A stretch of DNA of 64,000 bases. Origin: Halocafeteria seosinensis (lineage: Eukaryota). Position 1 is the first letter of the stretch; every line of letters starts with the position of its first letter. Position numbers and translations under genes: made by a program. The stretch is from contig LVLI01000214.1 in the NCBI GenBank assembly GCA_001687465.1, positions 62,001 through 126,000 of the forward strand. Direction: 5' to 3'. Below, one piece after another: positions 39,701 to 52,300 of the stretch. The notes under the pieces are model-generated. The model was given only the letters and a program-made list of their open reading frames with translations, did no database searches and was not told the origin of the DNA.

Positions 39701-40326
39701 TTTATATGGACATCCCCTTTCGAGTTGCCTCAAAGAGTGCTGCCAAGCATCTGGAGACTCCTAGTTCTTCGTTCTATCACCTGAAGACACAATCCTTCAA
39801 TGACGATCAATCCGATGATATGTCCCGGCGTTTCAAGGATCATCGTCGTGGTGAATCGAAACGCACAGGGAATTCCAGAGCTATTAACAATACGGCGGTT
39901 GACGAGCCGACGACAGGCGGATACCCTGGCTCCAGTGATGTCAATCGAACNGCTCTTATTGTCGACGATAGTTCCGGCAATGCGCGGATGCTGAAGCTCC
40001 TCCTTAGCCAACGTGGCTACACCTGTGACATTGTATCGGATGGCATTCCGGCCGTAGACTACATACGGAACAGAATACATAATAAAGAAGAACTCCCGTT
40101 TGTGGTCTTCATGGATTACAGTATGCCACGCATGAGTGGCCCGGAGGCTGTAAAGGAAATTCGGAAGCTTGGTTACGAAGCCGCTGTAATTGGCATAACA
40201 GGGAACGCAAATCAAGAGGACCAAAAAACCTTTAGAGACGCTGGTACAGACTCAATCCTGTGGAAGCCGATTAATGCAAAAATGCTGGAAGATGCCATCC
40301 GTCAAGTTTTCGACACGAGACGTTGA
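36772..40326 (+). CDS. Membrane-bound hybrid sensor histidine kinase
   Basis: Multi-TM N-terminus; H-box FISYI|FHELRVPL; N-box RLCQVFDNFLS|NALKF; G1 DTGCG; G2 TGLGLSI; receiver domain IVDD...FMDYSMPRMSG...WKP. Six introns. Confidence 0.92.
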
Positions 40327-40375
40327 ACCGTACCACATGTCCGAGTAACATGATACTGCTTTACAAGCGTTGCAT

Positions 40376-41519
40376 TCAGTGTTTGTTTTTCTTGGCCTTC
40401 GGACCGTGGCGCCGCTTTGGCGTGTCCTTTTTCGGTGAGAGGGCCTTAGTGGACTGTTTCGGCTTTCGAAAGACCCGTCGATCGATTCCGCCGAAGTCGC
40501 CAGAAGACAGACCGTCGTCAAGATCTCTCGAGATATTTTGCCTGTCTTTACGCTCAGAGTCGTCTTGGAAGGGTATCTTGGTTTCCTCAAACAAGGAGTG
40601 AGAAGTAAGTGCCAAGGTCGCCGTTCCCGCTGTTGTTTCTGTGGTCGCGGTGAACCGGATGAAATCCACTTCAACATCTACCGATTCGCTTGCGTGGAAA
40701 GCATACATTTTTGGTATGTCATATCGTAATTCAGCAATCACATGAGATTCACCACCCCATTTTTGAGCATGCTTGAGAACATGCTGCGACAAAGTTGTGT
40801 GGCAGTGTTCCCGCTGAAAATGAGACTGTGGCAGCGGAGAACTTACCTCGCGAGTACTTGTTTTATGAAGCGAGTACACGTAAGTTCGGCTCATGTGTAA
40901 TCCCAAATCTACAAACGCCATATCAATCCCAGAACTTCGAGTACCAAATGGCGGATTCATGATCACGTAGTCGACCCGGGGCATTTGAAGCACTTCCCCT
41001 GTTGTGTGGTCATTGCTGTCCAAAAAGAGAGACAGATCGGACTCGTGGAGAAAGATTTGATCTGACAGTCCAAATTCTTCGATGTTGTTTGCCGCTGTTT
41101 GGAGTGCTAGAGGATCACAGTCAAAAGCGTAAACTTTGCTGCAAAATGCACACCATATTCCTTCCGCCACTTCTGTATGTACGCATCTTCACTTACTCAG
41201 CTGCTCCCGCAAGAACCAGCGCTATACTTAAGATTCCTGTCCCACATCCCAGATCAGCCGCTGTGATTACCCCATCCGATTCTTCCGCGTCTTTGTCGTC
41301 CTTACCCGAATCACTGCGGTATTTCTTCTCGGTGGAAGCAGCCCCTGCTCCAACACTTGAGCTCGAAGCCGCTGCCTCCTTCTCTTCTTGTTCACTTCGA
41401 ATGTGCAGGGCAATTTGAGCAGCCAGATGGATCGGAGTCGGATACTGTTCCAAATGAACCTGAGGCTCCTCGAAGCCGTCAATCTCCTGCAGCATGGACT
41501 CTAAATGCTTTAGTTTCAT
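40376..41519 (-). CDS. METTL5: 18S rRNA N6-adenosine methyltransferase METTL5
   Basis: MKLKHLESMLQ...LEQYPT, DLGCGTG, MNPPFGT, YSLHKTSTRE and AELRYDIPKMYAFH. Introns 41196-41139 and 40846-40784. Confidence 0.93.
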
Positions 41520-41851
41520 GACGATAAAGTGCTCGATCGTTTCTTGTGAAGTTCGGATCTCTACCCTTTTAGGAGACAATTATGCTACCACACATTTCTC
41601 CGACGTTCGAATCAAGAGGGGTACAAGTTACGGTAGCCAACGACCCGGCCACTGAGGGACATGCATGAATGGAAGAGGTCAAAATCTCCTTGAGGTTGAA
41701 GTTGCGGCGCAGCGGGATGGTGTCACTCTCGGCACCATGGCATGTATACACGAACATGTTAGTTGGTTTATATTAGTGCAATATCGAGCTCCTGGGGGAG
41801 TTTGTTCGCTTTGTGGGGTTGAACTAATGGAAACGAACAGACGGACAAAAA

Positions 41852-43461
41852 ATGGTCAAAATTAAGACAATATCACGGTCGGAAAGCGAATGCACACGGG
41901 ATTCCAAACTGGATGTACGCAAGATGCATAAGAATGTGGACCCTTCAGAGCATCCTTTCGAACGCGCCAAGGAAGTCAAGCGAGCCGTCAATGCAGTCAA
42001 GCTAGATAAAATGTTTGCGAAGCCCTTCCTGTGGAGCCTCGAAGGACACATGGACGGTGTCTACGCCACGGCTAATACACCAACAAATTTATCAGCATTT
42101 TTGAGTGGAAGCTGCGATGGAGAAGTACGCGTATGGGATATCGCTCACAAGAAGACCCTTTGGGACGTATATGGACACCAAGGCTTTGTTACGGGGCTAT
42201 CCGTAGACGGAGAAGGGAAGACGTTCGTCTCTTGCGGTGAGGATAAGACAATCAAACAGTGGCCTCTGGTGACCAATACGTCCCTTGTAGATACTGATGA
42301 CAACGATAAAGCCGTTGGTAGCAGCGGCAGTGAACCGACACCATTGGCTGTATGGTCCAAGAAAACTCAACTACTGAGTATTGATCATCATCGTTACGAG
42401 CCCCTATTTGCTACGTCGAGCACGGATGGAACGGTAGATGTTTGGGACAGTTCTCGAACAGAACCATATCAGACTTTCACTTGGGGGGCAGACACGGTGA
42501 AATGTGTGCGATTTAACCCAGCTGAAGTAGGTTATTTTGTACAATAAGCTGACGGTTTGAATAGTACGGTTATGACTTCATTGAATTCATGGATGCAGCG
42601 GAACATATTCGCCAGTGCTGGAAATGATAGGACTATATGTCTTTACGATACAAGGACTTCTACTCCCTTGAGGAAAGTCGTACTAGGAGTAAGTCATGCC
42701 TCTGGTGTGCTGATGAGCGTCATCTCATGTTTGTTAACTGTACTATTTCATGCTTCTATTGTTGCAGATGAATTCTAATGCTCTTGACTGGAATCCTCGA
42801 GAACCATTCAATTTCACAGTAGCCAATGAAGACCATAATGCGTATACTTTCGATATGAGGAAACTAAGTCACGCATTAAAGGTCCACAAAGACCATGTTT
42901 CAGCTGTGTAAGTAACTCGGGTCTCCAACGACGATGCCATTGATGTAGAGAACCTGTAACGTGGTTGTACCATCATGCAGCATGGATGTTCGGTATTCCC
43001 CAACTGGTAGAGAATTTGTAACCGGGAGTTATGACAGAACGATTCGGTTATTCCGCGTTACAGACGGATCGAGTCGAGAAGTATACCATACTAAGAGGAT
43101 GCAGCGAGTATTCTGCGTAAACTTCAGCGCCGATGGTCGATATGTGCTATCTGGAAGTGATGATACTAATATACGAGTATGGAAAGCCCAAGCCTCAAAG
43201 CCAATGAAGCGCTTATTACCACGCGAGAGATCGAAATTAGATTATTACGATAGTCTCAAAAAGAGATACTCCAGTGTGCCTGAAGTTAGAAAAATAGCCA
43301 AACATCAACACGTTCCACGTAACATCGTGAAAGCGAAGAAGAGAAAGGCTGAAGAGGAGTCCAAGGAAAAGCGGAAGTTGCGGAATGTGAATCTCCACAG
43401 CAAAGAAGAACAGAAACCGGAGCCGGAAAGACAGCGTCCTATAGTGGAAGAGAAGAAGTAA
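41852..43461 (+). CDS. DCAF13: DCAF13/Sof1 WD40 SSU processome factor
   Basis: MVKIKTISRS, HPFERAKE, KMFAKPF, WNPREPFNF, YHTKRMQRVF and SGSDDTNIRVWKA. Three introns. Confidence 0.95.
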
Positions 43462-45162
43462 TTGCCCTAGGCGGGTGGCGTGTGGTGCAAGGTTTCTATG
43501 GGACGATTGATCTTCCTATGGCTAGTGAACAATCATTAGTCAAGTGCGGGAACGTCAAACACTGTTCCTCCACCAAAGGAGAGAAGATTTGGCAATGGCT
43601 GTGCTGGGGTACAACCCCTTGTTCTGATTGGCGGCTGTAGGCCGCATGGACGCCAAGGCGCTTCCTTGTTTAAGAATTGTCAGTGGCCTCACAACTTGCA
43701 GTAAGAAAGTTGCTTACAGACTCGGTCTCGTCTCGAACGTCTCCGCTCGAACCGACTTGCTGGTTGGAATTCCAAGTGTTGCCGGGAAAACTGCTTCACA
43801 TGCACAATTACACACAATCCACTTCGTCTTACACCATCGTACATGTGTATGCTTATTTCTATCAGTTCTCCATTACGCTTATGCGTGATGGCAACTTCTA
43901 TTCCTGCCGCTGTTCCCCAACACGCCAGCTGCTGCTTTCGACTCCGGACTTTGAAGGAATCCCAACCCGGCGGCCGGAGAAACCATTTGTGGTCTGTCTG
44001 GGAAGGCTGCCTGTTCCGAGGGAGCCTGCAGCACCTGAATGCACGGAGAGAATAAAGTGCGCATTATAATGGAACTCCTTCCCTTGCGGAACCTCTATGA
44101 GGAACAGAAATAAACGTGAAGTGACTTGAAGGCTCACACGGCTTCCCGGCGTCCACCTTGCGAAGTGCAGCTGCGGCGGTGCCCCTTCAGACGTTCTGTC
44201 CTCCGGGGGAACAGTTGTGCCGCGTACAAGCAGCATATGTTTCCCACAACCCTTCCGCTGGAAAATACAACCCGATTCATCATCTTTCGTGTTGCACTAG
44301 CACTACTGTATGAAAATGGCCCTGATGGGCGATTCGTATGGCTCAGACGTGGGCGTAGAACGGAGGATAAGTTGTTTCTCGTGGTTTGGATTGAAACGGC
44401 ACTACGCACCCCTTCAGCAGCGGGAGCATAATGTTCAGACATCGAGTTAATTCCTCGTTTCCAGAGCCGCTATTAAAGTTCTCATACTAGTGCTTCACTC
44501 CATATCGCTGTATATCTGCCGATGACGGGAACTATCTATGAGTGCGTGAGTCACTAGTGACGCCGGACTTCGGTTGGCTGCGGGAAGTGCCACGCATTGC
44601 ATAGCTCCATATTCAGAAGACGATTCTTGTTATTGTCTATTCGGCGTACTTGTGTGTTGCTTTGCTTAATTGCTCATTCTTAAGCGTCCAATTTCTTTGG
44701 CGAGTACAGAGAATCTTTTTTGTGTTCTTGTGTTTGTCACGGTGCTTGCAAGTTTATTGCCGTCTGTCTGTCCCCTGCTGGGGTTGAATCCGCGGGTCTC
44801 CGCCGTTCCATAATTGCCAGTTCAGGGCAGGAGCTGAGATATCTTCTGTTAAACTAAAGAGGTACGTGCACAGAGAAATGAGTGATTGTGGTGTATTCGA
44901 AGTTTGTCTACCGCTCGATGCTGTATAAGGTAGTTGTTTCCGGGTGGCGGCGGCCGCTGCTTGACGGCCGCGTTCCCACCAAAGAGGCGCGCACCGAGTT
45001 GTGCCAGAATAGTCCCCTGTACCTTGAAACGGTGCCTCCGGAATCCATTCGGATATAGGAAATGAGTTCCCCGGTGTTTCCTTGAAACAACATGCTTATG
45101 GGAACGGCGGCGGCGGCCGGACACAAGTTGCATGGGGTGAGAGGGACGAAGGTTTCTTTGCG

Positions 45163-45357
45163 ATGTCAGCTGAGTTGTCTAACTCCGGCGCCTGGTTTCT
45201 TCGCGTCGCAACCTCCATGAGTGCTTATTCAATGTTCCGTGTCATATTTTTCTACCACACTATTCTCATCGTAATTCGTTACTATGGAAGAAAAAAACCG
45301 CGAACGATATTATGGAATATCATTGATGCGCAGATAGCGGGAGTATATCGGAGGTAA
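45163..45357 (+). promoter_or_regulatory. Candidate upstream ORF (43 aa after splicing) in the RWP-RK leader
   Basis: ATG 45163, putative intron 45271-45333 (GTAATT...GCGCAG, 63 nt), TAA 45355-45357, which ends 29 nt before the main ATG. Confidence 0.4.
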
Positions 45358-45386
45358 CGGCTACCTGTTCAACTTGTGGTCCACCA

Positions 45387-46883
45387 ATGGATAGCCAGTT
45401 CTACGGAGGCGGATACATCACTCAGGAGGCTCCGAGTCAGTTTTCAATGATTAAGGCACCTCCTTACGGCTTCCCGTCCGCTGGGGGATACGGGATGCAG
45501 TACCAGTCACACGCCGAACCGGCCAATTCCGATGATGACTACGGTGTCAACTTGTTGGCTTCCATTGCCAACCAGGATTCCATGAGCAACTGCCACTATT
45601 CAACTAAACGTAGTGTTAGCTCTGGATCGAACACCAGCATGCATACGTATACGAATCATTTGCCGCATCAGCTTAAAATTGGGGTATCAGTTGCCTCAGG
45701 CTCCGGTTACACCCAGCAGAGCCCGCAAGTGACCCATCAAAGCCTAACTGGTCCCCAGCCCCAGCAATGTTACCAGAATCAGATTTCCCAACGGGTACAA
45801 AAATCGCATTATCACGCATACGCTGATTGTCAGCAGGGTCACCCTTCTGGTTATGCCCAGCACCCTATTCCGGCTGCGCCCGCGCGGGTACCTTCCGGCA
45901 TTGGAATGCAATGTGGACACGGTTCGCTGCAGACCTCAGCGCCAAGGCCTTTGACTCAGCCACCACCATATCATGTTCATCAGGGTGGCTACTGGCCTCC
46001 CGCATCGAATTTGGTACCTCCTCAGTTTCCACAGTACTACCCAGGAGCTTTCCAAAGTCTGAACGGCTTGTATGTTTCGGATGCGCCCCGGGACTATGGC
46101 GCAACGTCGTGTGCTGTGGGACGCCCCAACTTCTTTAATGACTCTGCTATCAATAATGCAAGCAAAGATGCACCAAGAAGCCCACCAGCGCAGACGAGTG
46201 ACGAGCAATGTGCCCGTGATTTGACTTTCGCCGAGCTGCAGAAACATTTCACAAAGCCACTCGAACAGGTAGGCAACAATGTGCTTTTCTACTTTAGTAG
46301 CAGGATTCGAAGTATTTTGGTTTCTCACAGGCTGCAAGGGAAATTGGGATTTGTTCCACCCTACTTAAGAAGTCCTGTCGACGACTGGGAATCAAGCGAT
46401 GGCCATACAGGCAGGTTACGAGTCTGCAAAAGTCTCTGGAGTCATTGCGAGCAACACTCACGAATCGTTCGCGTAAAGGGCTTCTAACTACTGAAGAGCG
46501 AAACGTACGTTGTGCCGCCTGAACGTGCCGGGTTTAACTTGTCACATTATGTGTCGCTCTGTACTGTACAGACCCTGGAAACGGCTATTGTTAACACTAA
46601 GTCAAAACTTGAGCGCGTATTGAGCGATCCAAACGACAATGTGTTGCAAAAGCCGCGTAAGTTCCGCTTGTATTTGGGGGACCTACATACATCATACATT
46701 GCTAATTATTCGCGATCTGCAGAGAGCAAGAAGCGATCCCGCGAAGATTCAGAGCTGAGTTCTCCCAGGGAGGATCCTGCAGACGGGTCGTCTTCTTATG
46801 TAGCTTCTAATACAACTGAATCTGTTTCAAGTGACCCTTCAGTTCAGCAGCAGCCTGGCAAGAGAACCGCGTACCAACATTGA
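45387..46883 (+). CDS. RWP-RK transcription factor
   Basis: After removing intron 46269-46330: LTFAELQKHFTKPLEQ|AAREIGICSTLLKKSCRRLGIKRWPYRQ. Q/P/Y-rich N-terminus; two further introns. Confidence 0.88.
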
Positions 46884-47042
46884 AGCTGAGTGTCAGGCAC
46901 CATCTTCACAAAATAAACAACTGTACGAGGAAGAGGCGTGCTTCGCTATATTGTGCTGTATTTGAAGTGCCACACTTACCTATCGCTTCTATTCGGGGTT
47001 CCCCAGTGTGTGCGTGTGTAGCAGATAGCGCTCGCGTGAACG

Positions 47043-48683
47043 ATGAGGATAACTCATCGCAGTATACGGGAGAAAGATGGGGAAGGGTTTATCACGTGCA
47101 TTGCAGAAGATGCCGAGGATATGTGGCATATATACAACATTCTCACTCCAGGGGATACTCTGCGTGCAAGCACGATGAGGAAGGTTGTCCAGGAGAGCGA
47201 AACAGGGGCGCGAAAGTCTGATAAGAAGAAACTATGGTTGACAATTGGGGTAGAGGAGACCGAGTTCGATGGTGCGTAACTTGTAATTTGGCTCACTGAA
47301 TGGAGCTGAAGACGGCAAGGTTTTTCTTTGTTTGCAAATTCAGCCGAAGCGCAATCGATTCGCGTCAAAGGAAAAAATAAAGTGGAAAATGAACATGTCA
47401 AACTAGGAGCTTACCACACTATTGATCTGGAAACGGGGAAATCGTTCACAATTACCAAGGAATGCTGGGATACCATTTTCCTCGAGCGTTTGGAGGCCGC
47501 TGTAGACATCGCCAACAAAGCTGATGTGGCCGCTGTAGTAATGTCTCAAGGGAAAGCTCAAGTGTGCCTCATTACGGGCTACGTCACTATTGTGAGGACG
47601 AGCATTGATGTACGTGATGATACCGGTGGCCAAAATACTTCAAGTGCAGAGCACAACTGTTACGCATAACTGCAGATGAATATCCCCAAGAAGCGTGCGG
47701 GGAGCACAGGGCATGACAAAGCGGTACAGAAGTTTTTCTCACAGTTACTCGATGGGCTCCGGAGGCATGTGAACCTAGACAAAGTGAAAACAGTACGAAA
47801 CTCTTCGAGTCTCCCCTCGGAAGAGTTCCTACGTTTCACTGTTTTCTGGAATCTGGGCGCAGGTCATAGTTGCAAGTCCAGGGTTTTTACGGGAGGATTT
47901 CCACAAATTCGTTTTAGAAGAAGCGGTGAGATGCGGATACAAAGTGAGTGTTTTACTGACATCATCACAATTCCCCCCAAAGTCTTGGAAGTCGGGTTTC
48001 ACAGGAAATATTGAACAACAAGGATAAATTTCTCCTCGCTCATTCATCTGGAGGACATAAGCAGTCGCTACAAGAAGTGCTGAAAGATGATAACACACAA
48101 AAGATTTTAGAAAAAGCTAAAGCTGGTACGAATCGATTTTCAATTTCTGTTGGGACGATACTACCAACAGGCGGTACTGCGATGGTCGCGCAGGGGAAGA
48201 AATGGAAATTTTAAATAGTTTCTTTGAGATGCTACACAAGGACCCAGATAAGGCCATGTACAGCTATAAGGTAAGCTGCGCGATACTTTAGAATGTTAAG
48301 CCATCCCAAGGTCATCACTTTGCATATTCATGCAGCATGTCCACTTTGCTTGTGAACGAGGAGCAATCGAAACCCTCCTGATCACAGACGATCTATTCAG
48401 GTCCAGTAATGTCACTGCGAGAAAGAAGTATATCAAATTGGTTGAAGATACGCGAGAGCAGGGCGGCAAAGTGTATATATTTTCCACGATGCATGTATCC
48501 GGCGAACAACTTAACATGATTTCCGGAGTAGCAGCTATTTTACGTTTCCCACTACCTGAGATAGATGAAATGTTAGTTGCAGACGCTGCTTCCCAGTCAC
48601 GAGGAAAGCAGGGTGATATAGATGAACTCTTCGTTACACCTTTAGATGATGAGGGTAGCAGTAGCTCGGAGGACGAATCGTAA
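47043..48683 (+). CDS. PELO: Pelota/Dom34 ribosome rescue factor
   Basis: EDMWHIYN, RVKGKN...LGAYHTIDLE, VASPGF, LLITDDLFR and STMHVSGEQL...GVAAILRFPLP. Six introns. Confidence 0.96.
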
Positions 48684-49364
48684 CCTCGAGTCATGGCTTC
48701 TTCGACTGGTTGCAGCAGTGAATTAGTGATAGCCTGCATAGCGTACTAACATGCGGACAAACATTAAGCCAAATTGTCCTGAGGCGCTATCAAGGTGTTC
48801 GTTCGTGCAACTCACCATAAACCTCACCCATCCGTACTGCGGACCATCGAGAGAATGCGATTCCCGAACGTTGTACACGATGCACGCATGTAACTCCATA
48901 CGTAATATAGTTCACACGAGTGCAGTCCAACCGAACTTTTGTATTGCTTGTCGAGCTGCTTTGATACTGCCGTAGAGCTACTAGAGGTTTCATTTTTTCT
49001 GTCCCGCCGTTGGACGTACCACGTGGCAATGGCGAACGTTGTGACGGTTGGAGGTTGGTACCGAACAGTGTTCGGCGCTGGGTCTCTAAGGGAGCCAGTA
49101 TTCAGTGTATTTGAGAGTCTTGGTGTATACCTGTGTACTGACCCCATCCCACGCTCTAGAGCGCGACATTGAATATTGGTTCTACCGTCAAGTTGTAGAG
49201 GTGGTATTAGGTCGCGATCTTGCTGCCTGCCTTTTCCAGCGCTTTTCTGCTCCATCGAATGACCACCACACGCCTTTACTAGTGTGGATCCATCCCGTGG
49301 AGAGTCCTGCGATTATACTACACTCTACGGCTTGATTCGTACGGGAGAAAGAGAGCACAGAGTC

Positions 49365-52300
49365 ATGAAGAGATCGCAGACTATGTCGTCCTCCCATGCC
49401 GCTGCAGCTTCGGGCCATCTCAACGGGGATGGCAGTCGGAGAGGACTTTCATCGTCCTTGGGAAGACACATGGAAGCTCAGTTTTCTTCATTCAGAGGGA
49501 GTCCCGAAAGGAAACACGCAGGGCCGTCTTTTAATCAGATTCCGGGAGTTTACGGTTCCAGGCAAAGCCCGTTAATGAAGGCAGGAACCGCACACACGCA
49601 AGCTCAGTCTTTCCAGCACATCCCTTCGCATTCCAAGGACCTCAGTAATTCGCCTCCGACTTCATCGTGGTCGGCTCAGAAGCAGGAAATTCTACGTGCT
49701 CGAATGACTTCAACCCATTCAGAGAATGGATCAAGGGCTCTTAGTCGAGACAGTGCAGGAACTACACGTAGTAGCAGTCGTGATCAGGAGCACAAACCTC
49801 AAGGAACGTCTGCCGATTTCACCCCAAAGTTTGACGAGCCTCACTCGGATGGAGAGAAGGAAGAAAGTCGAACAAAGGAAGATGACATGGACACACATAC
49901 GGAAGACATTTGGGATGGTGTGCAGGAAAAGACTCAACTATTTCAGGCTCTATACAGGGATCTATCTACGAAATTGGATGGAGGGTATAAGTACACAGCA
50001 CAAATTTCCGCCCACAGCAGCACAGACCGGCAACGGGAATATGTTAATCGCCTACATGTGACTTCCCGCATCGCCCAATTGTTGACCCAGTCGTTACGCG
50101 AAAAAACCGCTCTACAGAGCGTAGTCCACGGTGGCGAATTCCTTCTTAACTTGAACTACAGTAGCAAAGAGGGCGCCTCTTCAGATTCCTATGATAAACT
50201 ATTCGCTAGCACGTTTGATACTCTTAGTTCTTGCGGGGCAAGTGCGTTCCACGAATTTACACAGTGGACCATGCGCCCAGAGAGTCGAAATACATCTTCA
50301 ATACAGGTTCTCCTCAGCAATAAAGGAAAGTTGACAACGACGTTAATGGATATAATGTTGAAGGCATTTGCAGCGTTAAACACGTTCTACTGTGCCTATA
50401 AGTATCTCCCTGAGAAAGAGAAGTACCGTGCTTTCGCCTTATTAGCTCGTTCGGACTTGGATTCTAATTTTGCCATGGTTTTGCTGTCACTCACATTGGC
50501 TGCGTCAACAAGCATTGAAGCAATCATAGACAAGGCCTTCGATCAGATAGTTGAGTACATAGACAAACTACAAAGCGAGAAAGGGGGTATCAACCCCATC
50601 GCCTTGCGACCGGAGAGTCTTGACAGGTTCAAACATTGGATAGTGGCCGGCTCTTCGGGGTGGATGATGAGCTCGCGGAATCATGTTGACTCGAAAACGA
50701 TCATGGAATTTAGCAATCAAAATTTAAGTCAATTATCAACTTCGATGGAAGAGTTCTTTCAGCCTGCGTGCCTTCGTGTTCTCTCAGGTGCTCAACTGTT
50801 GCTAAATGCTGTTTCGTCGCTAACCGAGCGTTTTGATAAGTATTGGCATATTTGCTCAACCGTAGACGCCGTATCACAATGTCCGTCCTTGAACAAACTT
50901 CTGCGGAACATAATGTGTGTCTGTTGGATGGGAGACAACACAAGTTTCCACGGAGATTGTGTTACTGGGATCGAGATCGGGGTTGGTAAGGGACGACGGA
51001 AGGCATCCCTAAATACAACAGGCGGAGGTGGACTTCCTAAATCAGTACGGATTCCCATGGATCATCAGTCGCATCCATTCGACAGTGCTATATTATTATC
51101 GTTGGGGATAGATCAATCGTGCAAGGACTCTATCGCCAAGGAAATTGCTGCTGCTCTGCGTCTCCGTCGCAACGAAAAGGAACCTATCCATTATACGAGC
51201 TTCTCACTTCTCGACGGCTCCACCAGATTGATGATGAATCATGGGCTTCTATGCGATGTTATTAGAAGAGTCAGTGGGGATTCTTCGGAGAAGGTTCTGA
51301 CCCCTCTCACAATGAGCGTTTCTCGTGCTAACCCTCTTCAGTCTGCAACTGAAGCTCTGAAACGGGAGGGCATTCTTGCTGAGAGTTTGCAAAATGTTTT
51401 CAAAGCTTTGCAATCTACCCAAATTGCAGAATTACCGACTCAGCCTGATCCCACAGCTACACTCCTGCATGAGTACCTTCCCAAAAAAGGTTCTGCCCGC
51501 ATATTGAATCCCCAGTTCCTCTCGCATTTTACTACAGGTGGACAAACAACCAGCTCTTCCACGAACCGGGATGAAGGTGAAGGGCATGGGCCCCGGAGGG
51601 AATTCTACGATTTGCTATCTGACGATATCACCTCCGACTTTGGTCCATGGTGCATTGGACCAGGAACACTTAGTGCTGCTGAAGGAAGGAACAACGCTGT
51701 GATTACGTTTTCTTCCACTCTCTCCGAAGAGGATCTTCAGAACTGTGGATACACCAAGGGGATGAGAATCCGTTTGAACTCGTCCTCTGGTGAGTATAAA
51801 ATTTACGATGTTGTCTCGTACTCCCTTGGGATGAAGAAAGATCGCGCTACTCTGAAACTGAAGGAACCTCTAGAGGAAGATGTTGGAGACATACGGTACG
51901 AAGTATCATCCAAGCGGGATGCCCTCTTTGTACGTATGGAGCACGCAGACATATTCTGGTTTAACGAACATTTGCAGTTTAGCTCTGCTCGCATTCTGCA
52001 CTTTGCATCGGTGGGCTGGCTACTTGGAGCCATCCTCTTCAACCGTTGCAGGATACCTTCGAAATTTGCCATTGCACTTTACCATTGTATTCTAGACGAC
52101 GGCTTCGAGCCAACGCTGCTCGATGCTAGTAACTTTGACCCTCAACTCTTCGATCAGTGTAAGACTATTTTAAATGCGAGCGACCAGGAGTTCAAGAGCA
52201 TTGTCGAGCTAGAGGAAGACACTGTAAAGTCGCTTGCTCAGTTTGCCTCTGATAACTCTCCTAATACGCTAAGTAGACGCAAAGCAAAACACAATAAGAG

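Noticed and set aside
43900..44200. RNase P/MRP or other structured RNA gene
   Set aside because: Only partial look-alike words (AAAGTCCGG, GGGAAGG); no matching pair of conserved regions found.
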